Positions 56,535 through 63,327 are shown, counted from the stretch's first letter. The stretch is 64,000 nt of DNA from a virus (IMGVR_UViG_3300035507_000051:34311-98310); one strand, 5' to 3'. Numbers and translations: made by a program. Notes: generated by a model from the letters alone, not told the origin.

Positions 56535-56759
56535 TTATTCAATTCCTTGCATAGTTTTGAATAAACCTAATGTGTGTCTGAATTTGTTAATTATAGTTGC
56601 AGGAATATTAGCATCATTCATCATGTTAACACTGTCTTGAATCTGCTTTTTAATTATTCTTGCATCAATAGTAGCAGGATTACCACTGCTTAATGTATAT
56701 GCTATTACAGCTGCTGTAGCTATAGCATCATTTATTGCTGAAATTTCTTTCTCGGTCAT
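56535..56759 (-). CDS. Hypothetical protein (paralog of 56181-56411)
   Basis: 74 aa; same pattern as its neighbour. Confidence 0.65.
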   Translation of the reverse strand: MTEKEISAINDAIATAAVIAYTLSSGNPATIDARIIKKQIQDSVNMMNDANIPATIINKFRHTLGLFKTMQGIE

Positions 56760-56767
56760 AATTACAA

Positions 56768-57373
56768 CTATTTATAATTATTGTGTTGAGTATATATAGC
56801 ATCAAATATTTCCTTAGCAAAATATTTGCTCATATGTTGTGCTACCTCTTTTGATTTACAGCACAATAATCCCATAGTAGCATCAACATAGCCATAGGTG
56901 CAGCCGAAAGCACTGATACCCCTACCACAGGAACAATAATAATTGCCACCAACTAAGTAGTAAGTAGTACCTTCAATTTCAATTTCACCACAGAGTTCCC
57001 AGTTGTTGCGTTTTGCTGTATTCCTGGCACTATTGTAGTCATTATAGAACCTAATCCAAGGGTAATACACTTCACCACGAACTAATGAAGGTTTATAGTC
57101 TTGGTTTAATGCTTGTCTAATGATGTCAAGTTTGTAGAGAGCTGTAAGATGGTTTTCTATACTAAGATTAAACTCACCAATTGAAAAGAATGAATTGGGA
57201 CTAATTCCTAGAGATGTACAAGCATCTTCAAAGGTTTTGATTCTTTTCCAGTCCTCTGTTTTGAGCTCCTGTTCACTATAGGCTTGTAATGCTACCTCTT
57301 TGAGGTCTGCACTACCACTGTTATACCACTCTTTAGCCTTCTCAAGAGTCAGTGAAATGTGTCTTGTTTCCAT
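56768..57373 (-). CDS. Hypothetical phage protein
   Basis: 201-aa ORF with IKTFEDAC..LG motif. Confidence 0.7.
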   Translation of the reverse strand: METRHISLTLEKAKEWYNSGSADLKEVALQAYSEQELKTEDWKRIKTFEDACTSLGISPNSFFSIGEFNLSIENHLTALYKLDIIRQALNQDYKPSLVRGEVYYPWIRFYNDYNSARNTAKRNNWELCGEIEIEGTTYYLVGGNYYCSCGRGISAFGCTYGYVDATMGLLCCKSKEVAQHMSKYFAKEIFDAIYTQHNNYK

Positions 57374-57407
57374 TATTATTTTGTTGTCTTTATGTTAATT
57401 TAGTTAG

Positions 57408-57454
57408 TGATTCCTCTGGGACTCGAACCCAGACTCTATAGATTAGAAATTTAT
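57408..57454 (-). pseudogene. 3' remnant of tRNA-Arg(TCT) (anticodon arm to acceptor)
   Basis: ATAAA-TTTCTAA-TCTAT AGAGT CTGGG-TTCGAGT-CCCAG AGGAATC A; no D-arm or 5' acceptor strand. Confidence 0.8.
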
Positions 57455-57484
57455 TTTTATTAGATAAAATTATTTAATTATAGT

Positions 57485-57516
57485 ATTGTTAGATAGAAAT
57501 ATTTTTCCTATCTTTG
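57485..57516 (+). promoter_or_regulatory. Bacteroidota sigma-A-type promoter for the free-standing HNH
   Basis: ATTG, 20-nt spacer, TATCTTTG (57509-57516); ATG at 57537. Confidence 0.65.
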
Positions 57517-57536
57517 TACTATAAATAATTATTAAT

Positions 57537-57902
57537 ATGAAAACTAAAATTTGTTCTAAGTGTAAGACAGAGAAGCCTATTAGTGAGTTTTATTCATAGA
57601 AATGGCATAAGTATGAAGTTATGAGTCTTTGTAAGGATTGTTTTAATCATTTGTGTGTAGATAGATGGATTGAAAGAAAGAAGAAATATGTTAGATTATT
57701 GGGAGGAGAATGTGAGCATTGTCATACTAAACTTACAGAGTCTAACTATTCTATCTTTGATTTTCATCATATTGATTCTAGCACAAAAGAGTATAGCTGG
57801 TCTAAACTTAGGCTATTCTCTGATAGTAGAATATTAGAAGAACTATCAAAATGCCAGTTACTATGTGCAAACTGTCATAGACTAGTTCATTCTAATGGTT
57901 AA
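57537..57902 (+). CDS. Free-standing HNH endonuclease (121 aa, one internal TAG)
   Basis: MKTKICSKC...FYS(TAG 57597)KWH..LCKDC zinc finger, then CEHC, FDFHH and LCANCHRLVH. Confidence 0.82.
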
Positions 57903-57905
57903 TAG

Positions 57906-57979
57906 TAGTTCCTCCCAGATTCGAACTGGGACTCAACTGCTTAGAGGGCAGTGGCTTTATCCAATTAAGCTAAGGAACC
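57906..57979 (-). tRNA. tRNA-Arg(TCT) variant with C33 (loop CCTCTAA)
   Basis: GGTTCCT/AGGAACT acceptor, Arg-type D-loop AATTGGATA, ACTGC-CCTCTAA-GCAGT anticodon arm, CCCAG-TTCGAAT-CTGGG T-arm. Confidence 0.8.
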
Positions 57980-58048
57980 AAATTGCTATAGCCTTTTCAC
58001 AAAGACTATAGCTCTTTACTTTTGACTCTAAATTCCGATTTTTGGAAG

Positions 58049-58122
58049 TGCTCCCAATAGGGCTTGAACCTATGACCTGCTGATTATGAGTCAGCTGCTC
58101 TAACCGACTGAGCTATAGGAGC
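58049..58122 (-). tRNA. tRNA(CAT), probably Ile2 (lysidine type) rather than Met
   Basis: GCTCCTA/TGGGAGC acceptor and GCTGA-CTCATAA-TCAGC anticodon arm; the body resembles Ile2 tRNAs. Confidence 0.8.
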
Positions 58123-58203
58123 TTAATAAATAGCACTACTTTCACAAGCAATGCTATTGAGTAACAAAAATCAAATTACATTATGCCTTAAATTATCCAG
58201 CGG

Positions 58204-58278
58204 TAGCCCTAGTAGGAATTGAACCTACATTAACCAATATTATCAGTCTATATTTTCTTTTGAGTGACTAATAGGGCT
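58204..58278 (-). pseudogene. Degenerate tRNA-like element (Ile GAT-like loop)
   Basis: Intact acceptor AGCCCTA/TAGGGCT and T-arm GTAGG-TTCAATT-CCTAC; CTGATAA present, but the D-arm and anticodon stem are irregular. Confidence 0.6.
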
Positions 58279-58585
58279 AAATAAAATAAACAGTATTATC
58301 TTCACAGACTATACTGTTTGTAAGTGAAAAAACGCAATGTTAAAACTATATTCACATACAGTATTTAACCACTAAAAACATGTATAACAGTCTAAAAATC
58401 AACCATTCAAACAAAACAACGTAATTATTCTATTTTGCAATGAGCAATTCATTCAACTATGTAGGTAAAGAGTACTAATTTCTAAGTTTCTATAAAAAAG
58501 AGGCCCAGGAAGCTTAACTATATTCGCATACAATTAAGCTTCTGTACCTCTAATTTTCAACTATGGAAATCATAGTTAAACCTGG

Positions 58586-58945
58586 TCAGTTTAACTCAAA
58601 ACTCTTTATTATTTTGCCATTTTCATCATAGAAAATAGCTTTTTTAGACCTATAAAGTCTAGAGATTTCGGAGGGAGTTGCAAAGAACCAGAAATCTGAA
58701 TATACTAATTCAGTAAATTCTATTCTAGTTTCTTTTTCTTGAAATAGAATAGACCAGTTGTTCATGCAATCTAGATTTCTTTGATTGTCAAATCTCCATA
58801 TTACTAGATGATTAGCATCCTCTAGTTGGATTTCAGATATTTGTTCTTTACATTTCAGTTCTTCAACTATAATGTCAAAGTATCCTTTGATTTTTCTTCC
58901 CATCAAATCATTGATTCTATGGAAATTTTGTAGTATTTCATCCAT
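58586..58945 (-). CDS. Hypothetical early protein
   Basis: 119-aa ORF. Confidence 0.6.
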   Translation of the reverse strand: MDEILQNFHRINDLMGRKIKGYFDIIVEELKCKEQISEIQLEDANHLVIWRFDNQRNLDCMNNWSILFQEKETRIEFTELVYSDFWFFATPSEISRLYRSKKAIFYDENGKIIKSFELN

Positions 58946-59159
58946 AATATATCTTGTTATTTTATGCTTTTTTTTTGTGTTTTACTCCTTAAACTTTACA
59001 CTTTTACTAATTTATCTTCCCACTCTAATAATATTATTAGAAATTCAGTCCACTAATAAGTGTGAGGCCTGTCTCCTCTAAACTTACTGGTTCTTAGATA
59101 AATCATGTAAAGAACTAGGAGTCCTCAACATCTTGGAAAGGGATTTGAGTTTTTAATGG

Positions 59160-59195
59160 TAACTATAGTACCACTTTATAGTGATACTATAGTTA
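59160..59195 (-). terminator. Hairpin after the 59207 gene
   Basis: TAACTATAGTA...TACTATAGTTA inverted repeat. Confidence 0.5.
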
Positions 59196-59206
59196 ATGTC
59201 TAGTTA

Positions 59207-59518
59207 TTACCACAGGGCAATAACTTCACCACCATTGTCAGGCTTATACAGAGTGTATTTGCCATTGGAGTTCAGGCCAACTGCCAGATCATCTTTTTGT
59301 GCGATGATTTCGTTCATTGTCATGCCTTTGGTAGTTCGGGCAAAATGGCAGAAGATCCGTTGACCATCTTCACCAGGGAAGGCGATTGAGTTGAAGGTTT
59401 CTCCTGTTTCTTTGTTGACGTCTTCCCTGAATCTGGGGAGGCCATGCTGCTTGGCAAAAGCTACGAGAGAAACTGATTTTACGATCTTCACGTCATTGTA
59501 GTTGTTGTTTGCTTCCAT
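59207..59518 (-). CDS. Hypothetical early protein with C-ending codon bias
   Basis: 103 aa; rich in AAC/ATC/GCC/TTC codons, unlike its neighbours. Confidence 0.75.
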   Translation of the reverse strand: MEANNNYNDVKIVKSVSLVAFAKQHGLPRFREDVNKETGETFNSIAFPGEDGQRIFCHFARTTKGMTMNEIIAQKDDLAVGLNSNGKYTLYKPDNGGEVIALW

Positions 59519-59575
59519 TGTTTTAAAGTTTTAGGAAAGTTAATAAATTAGTTTGTTAGAAATTTGTTTATTTGT

Positions 59576-59606
59576 TGGGTATAGGTATTAAAAGTACCTA
59601 CACCCA
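59576..59606 (-). terminator. Intergenic hairpin
   Basis: TGGGTGTAGGTAC-TTTTA-ATACCTATACCCA on the minus strand. Confidence 0.45.
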
Positions 59607-59610
59607 TACA

Positions 59611-59973
59611 TTAGCTATTTAGAGCAATGAAGAGTTCTTTGGATATGAATTCTTCTGGAGCTTCCCAGCAAATAGATTTCTCTATTTTTAGGTTTTTTAG
59701 GCAGTGTATTATAGCGTCTTTTGGGTGCTCAAAATTATTTGTTTTTATCCAAAATTCTATAGTACCATATTGTGTATTTGGGTCTATTTCTATCATATTT
59801 TCAGTTTTATTGACTGTAAATTTGATAGTTTGGCCCTTTCTTTTGTTGAACTTAAACCATATTCTGGCTCTATTCCAGTGAGGTTTTATTGTACAAAAGA
59901 CGTTTTCTTCTTGATGTGCTGTGGTACAAAAGAATGTTGTTCCTTTTGACCATATAATCATTCTATTTGGCAT
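59611..59973 (-). CDS. Hypothetical early protein
   Basis: 120-aa ORF. Confidence 0.6.
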   Translation of the reverse strand: MPNRMIIWSKGTTFFCTTAHQEENVFCTIKPHWNRARIWFKFNKRKGQTIKFTVNKTENMIEIDPNTQYGTIEFWIKTNNFEHPKDAIIHCLKNLKIEKSICWEAPEEFISKELFIALNS

Positions 59974-60132
59974 TTATTCTAAATTTAAAAAGGATTCTGT
60001 GTAATCACAGGAATATTTTTCTAATGATTTTTTCTTTATGTCTCTCATTATTAGTGGAGTTATTGCTATTAGTAATATAACAATAATTGCTTTTATAATG
60101 AGTTTTGTTAGTTTGTTGTTTTCTGATTGCAT
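59974..60132 (-). CDS. Small membrane protein
   Basis: Likely start ATG 60132 (MQSENNK); hydrophobic segment IIKAIIVILLIAITPLIM. Confidence 0.5.
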   Translation of the reverse strand: MQSENNKLTKLIIKAIIVILLIAITPLIMRDIKKKSLEKYSCDYTESFLNLE

Positions 60133-60137
60133 AATAT

Positions 60138-60380
60138 CTATGTAGAGTTTCTTTTTGAAAGTTCTGCTGTAAATGCTTCTAGAAATTGAGTTCTCCATTG
60201 ATATTTCTTTATCAAACGAATGCAGCTTTTTATATGATTTGTACTCATATCTTTAATTTTAACTAAATCACCATTTTGGGTTTCCCAAACTTGATTTTCT
60301 AGCATAAACTGCTCAGTTTCTAGATTGGTAAGTACTAGATCTTCTAATCCAAACCAATCTTGCTCTTCTGCCCAACTCAT
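60138..60380 (-). CDS. Hypothetical early protein
   Basis: 80 aa with W.T.NG..VKIKDMSTNHI motif; ends at TAG. Confidence 0.65.
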   Translation of the reverse strand: MSWAEEQDWFGLEDLVLTNLETEQFMLENQVWETQNGDLVKIKDMSTNHIKSCIRLIKKYQWRTQFLEAFTAELSKRNST

Positions 60381-60604
60381 AGTTCTTTAATCATAGATGC
60401 TTTCATCCACTTTTCATAATCTTCGTAGTATTCTTTAGCATACTTCATTGCAGTTTCCATTAATGAAGTTTGCTGAACAAGTGGATATTTTTCTACAACT
60501 TCAGCTACTTGAGTGAGTGAAATACAGCCAAGTGCATACATTTCACTAACATCTTTAATAGGTTTATAGTCCATTAGAATGGATTCTTTAATTTCTTTTT
60601 TCAT
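60377..60604 (-). CDS. Hypothetical early protein
   Basis: 75-aa ORF, ATGA-coupled to the next gene. Confidence 0.6.
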   Translation of the reverse strand: MKKEIKESILMDYKPIKDVSEMYALGCISLTQVAEVVEKYPLVQQTSLMETAMKYAKEYYEDYEKWMKASMIKEL

Positions 60605-60636
60605 AAATGATATTATAGTTTATCTGATTTTGGAAA

Positions 60637-60678
60637 ATACCCAAATCCATACTGAATTAACAGTATAGATTTGAGTAT
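60637..60678 (-). terminator. Intergenic hairpin, probable terminator
   Basis: ATACTCAAATCTATACTG-TTAATT-CAGTATGGATTTGGGTAT followed by TTT on the minus strand. Confidence 0.55.
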
Positions 60679-60704
60679 ATAGATATAGTAACACCCTAAA
60701 ATTA

Positions 60705-61094
60705 CTATTCTTCTACAATCTGCCCTTTAGTGTCAAATTCTTTGTACAGGCGGATTTTGCCTGAAAAGAAATCGCACTCTACCAGAATATCTGACTCCTT
60801 AGCAGAGTACCAAGTTGCAGTACCTGCATCAGCTACTCTAATCATGAATTTAGCAGAAGGAGTTTCTGCATTAATAGGTGTATGTCGATCTTGAATTGCA
60901 TCTAGATCTTTGCACATATTGATGTTGTATCTGCCAAGTAGTATGTAGTAGCCTAGCTCATGTAAGGCAAGAGATAGTATGCTTGAAAGCTTTTGTATAG
61001 AGTTAGCAAAATCTACTCTTATTTCAGCAAACACCTTGCCTCCATTGTAAGTTTCACTATAGGTAAGTAAATGTTCAGGTCTAAGTCTGTTCAT
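60705..61094 (-). CDS. Hypothetical early protein
   Basis: 129-aa ORF ending TAG-TAA. Confidence 0.6.
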   Translation of the reverse strand: MNRLRPEHLLTYSETYNGGKVFAEIRVDFANSIQKLSSILSLALHELGYYILLGRYNINMCKDLDAIQDRHTPINAETPSAKFMIRVADAGTATWYSAKESDILVECDFFSGKIRLYKEFDTKGQIVEE

Positions 61095-61251
61095 AGTTTG
61101 AAGTATTAAATTGTTATAATAAAAATGTCGGTCTATTTCCCGACTGCCAACACTTAGACACTCCTAGTGATTAACCAAGTTTAGTTTATACTCCTATGTC
61201 ATAGAGTTACTGGGAAAATGATATTGGGCTACTTAATTTCACCCAATACCA

Positions 61252-61467
61252 TTAATCCTGATTCCACCAAGCCCCATGCTCTTTAATGTAGTCTTGGTAT
61301 TCATCAGTTTCTTCAAGAACATCAAAGTAGTAGTCCTCATCATAGATGTAAAGACTGTCACAATAGCGTTCATATTCATAATCACGAGGGCTTGCACTTT
61401 TTTCATTGCAAGCGTGTGTAGCAATAAATGGAATTGCTAATACAATGCCTATTATAATATCTTTCAT
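61252..61467 (-). CDS. Small exported/lipoprotein-like protein
   Basis: Hydrophobic signal ending ATHAC, followed by an acidic body. Confidence 0.55.
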   Translation of the reverse strand: MKDIIIGIVLAIPFIATHACNEKSASPRDYEYERYCDSLYIYDEDYYFDVLEETDEYQDYIKEHGAWWNQD

Positions 61468-61589
61468 ATGTTGTGTTTGTTCTTAGCTTTGTATTCTTGA
61501 ACATCGCTAAGTTTGGTAGTCAAGCTACCATCAGCAAGCTGATAGTAAACAGTTACTACCATGCTGTTAATGTTGATTACTGTTTTCAT
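61464..61589 (-). CDS. Small hypothetical protein (41 aa, not in ORF track)
   Basis: ATGA overlaps at both ends; MKTVININSMVVTVYYQLADGSL.. Confidence 0.45.
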   Translation of the reverse strand: MKTVININSMVVTVYYQLADGSLTTKLSDVQEYKAKNKHNI

Positions 61590-61903
61590 AAACCTAGTTC
61601 TTTTTTGATGGTTTCTTGAACATCTTTAGGCAAATATTGTTTATATTCTTTGCCTGTTTTCTTTGAAACTCGCTTGATATAACAAGCAGCTTTCTTTGTA
61701 ATAAAGATAGGATACTTGTTACCTTCTTTGTCCTTCCACTGATACTTTGTTTGAGTATCAGTAGAAGAACTAGTTTGTTCTACTTTAAAGGTATTGCCAT
61801 CACGTTTAACTTCTGCAAAACAGTTAACAGAAGCTATGAACATCATCATAGCAATGATTGCTACAATGATAAAAGGTTTGCTTGTGCTCTTGATTTTGTT
61901 CAT
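61586..61903 (-). CDS. Putative secreted early protein
   Basis: Signal-peptide-like N-terminus; C-terminal YPIFI....CYI.R.SKKTGKEYK.YL. Confidence 0.65.
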   Translation of the reverse strand: MNKIKSTSKPFIIVAIIAMMMFIASVNCFAEVKRDGNTFKVEQTSSSTDTQTKYQWKDKEGNKYPIFITKKAACYIKRVSKKTGKEYKQYLPKDVQETIKKELGL

Positions 61904-62379
61904 TGCAAATCTTGTTATGTGTTAATTGATTACTGTTACTTCCATCACCTTTCTATCATTTGATAGTCTGCTACTTTGGATATGCAGGATGTAGGGTTAA
62001 AGCGCTAGGATTTTATTTTTAGCATATGAAGTAAGTTTGTGCACATCCCACCTAGCTAGGGAAACTTACTTGATATGTCTACAAGTATTCATGACTACTT
62101 GTAAATGCATATATAGCAACATCAGAAGGTATTACATAACCCAGTATATAACCTACAATTCTACTGAGTGCATTCGCGGAAACTCTTATTCCCTCTTGGA
62201 TGCTACAAGTTTAAAGGGTTAATAAATAAGTATAAATAGTTATATAATAGTATATGTATACTATTATTGCAAATAGAGTTTAAATGATGAATAGTGGGGC
62301 ATTGGTGGTTCCCAACCTTTGGGGTCCACAGATTCTCCTAATTATCAATCGTTTAAACTCTCTAGATGTTCCCAATCTC

Positions 62380-62408
62380 AAAAGGACCATTGGTAGTTAC
62401 CAATGGTC
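62380..62408 (-). terminator. Rho-independent terminator after the first early gene
   Basis: Perfect GACCATTGGT..ACCAATGGTC hairpin followed by CTTTT on the minus strand. Confidence 0.65.
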
Positions 62409-62418
62409 TTGTGATCTC

Positions 62419-62730
62419 TTAGAGATCTTGAACCACCAAGACCTCACATTTGTCAGGTCTGATGATACCATAGCGAGGAAATTCCTCGTCAGGGAGGGAC
62501 ACTTCAAGCTCACCGAGCTTAAGCAAGGCCTTCTCTATGTCTTGTGCTGCTCCTTTGGAGAGTACTAGACAGTCCTGCATTTTACCGTCAGGTAATTCCA
62601 CAGGTTTGGGAAGACGGATAAAGGCAATGAGGGTGTCAGTACCTTTGTACTTCTTACCTGTGCATGACTTCTTGGCTGCAACATCTTTGGTGCTAAAGCC
62701 ATTTTCTTGATAGAAAGCTTTGAGGTTCAT
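62419..62730 (-). CDS. First gene of the early arm, hypothetical
   Basis: 103 aa with GC-richer codons, followed by a terminator. Confidence 0.7.
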   Translation of the reverse strand: MNLKAFYQENGFSTKDVAAKKSCTGKKYKGTDTLIAFIRLPKPVELPDGKMQDCLVLSKGAAQDIEKALLKLGELEVSLPDEEFPRYGIIRPDKCEVLVVQDL

Positions 62731-62775
62731 TGTAAGAGATGGATTAAGTGTTAAACTTTTGGAGTGACTAGCCTG

Positions 62776-62816
62776 CTAGGCACCATGGGGGACTCCACCC
62801 CCATGGCGAAGCCTAG
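62776..62816. other. GC-rich hairpin at the early/late divergence point
   Basis: CTAGGC-A-CCATGGGGG-ACTCCA-CCCCCATGG-CGAA-GCCTAG in otherwise AT-rich DNA. Confidence 0.65.
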
Positions 62817-62974
62817 GGAGGGCATGGGTTTCCTATATTACATTCATGATAATCAAAATAAAATTCAAAAAAATCAGGAAAAATTTTAGAAAAAAAAATT
62901 CTAGAAAAATTATAATCCTCATTTACAACTAATTAAGTAAAATACTTTTCCATTTTAATTTTTTCATTAATTTA

Positions 62975-63011
62975 TTTGCATATATAAATTTTTTTATCTA
63001 ACTTTGCAGTA
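62975..63011 (+). promoter_or_regulatory. Bacteroidota sigma-A-type late promoter
   Basis: TTTG (62975-62978), 20-nt spacer, TAACTTTG (62999-63006). Confidence 0.75.
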
Positions 63012-63046
63012 CTGAGAGATACAGTATCAGTAGACATAGCCATTCT

Positions 63047-63290
63047 AATAAGTTGAATGCTTAGGAATGAAGAGCCTAATCTAGGATTGAGAGTCTCCAA
63101 GCCAACATGGGAAAGTAAAGGATACCATCAGTAGGGCAGAGGTAATTGGAGCTAGAGATAATGAAGAGAGAGTACTAATAATATATAAACGCCTCTCAAG
63201 ACTAGATTAGTGTTATACCAGGGGTCTTAATTGGTGAATTGACCCAGGTCTCTTCATGCCTGAGGATTTAATTTGATGAGCTTGTTACTG
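63047..63290 (+). ncRNA. Candidate large structured RNA or late leader
   Basis: Nested long-range helices at 63060-63074/63250-63264, 63076-63084/63202-63210, 63087-63093/63193-63199, 63095-63100/63146-63151 and 63222-63226/63241-63245; no ORF in the track. Confidence 0.55.
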
Positions 63291-63327
63291 AGAGGGGGCA
63301 TAAATATGCTTAATTGTTATTTAAAAT

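Larger units (their letters stand above)
55974..58551 (-). repeat. Dispersed family of GUGA/GCGA-tetraloop hairpins (7 copies)
   Basis: Copies at 55974-55999, 56444-56469, 57985-58012, 58131-58156, 58288-58319, 58339-58369 and 58499-58551; stems differ in sequence but stay paired. Confidence 0.75.

Noticed and set aside
57455-57905. Group I intron within the tRNA
   Set aside because: No ribozyme core or room for one; the HNH is antisense with its own promoter, and the upstream tRNA is complete without splicing.
57906-57979. Canonical amber suppressor tRNA-Gln(CTA)
   Set aside because: Stem pairing places TCT, not CTA, at positions 34-36 and the body is Arg-like; kept only as a speculative finding.
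55974-58551. CRISPR array suggested by repeated TTCACA hairpins
   Set aside because: The copies differ in sequence, spacing is irregular, they are interleaved with tRNAs and ORFs, and no cas genes are present.
61910-62380. Coding sequence or ncRNA in this gap
   Set aside because: Only short motif-less ORFs and a few weak hairpins; not enough support for a call.
19550-62568. Plus-strand ORFs in the track (e.g. 19550, 20355, 30458, 47814, 62284)
   Set aside because: Antisense shadows of well-supported minus-strand genes, with no motifs. The HNH at 57537-57902 is the only credible plus-strand CDS in this interval.
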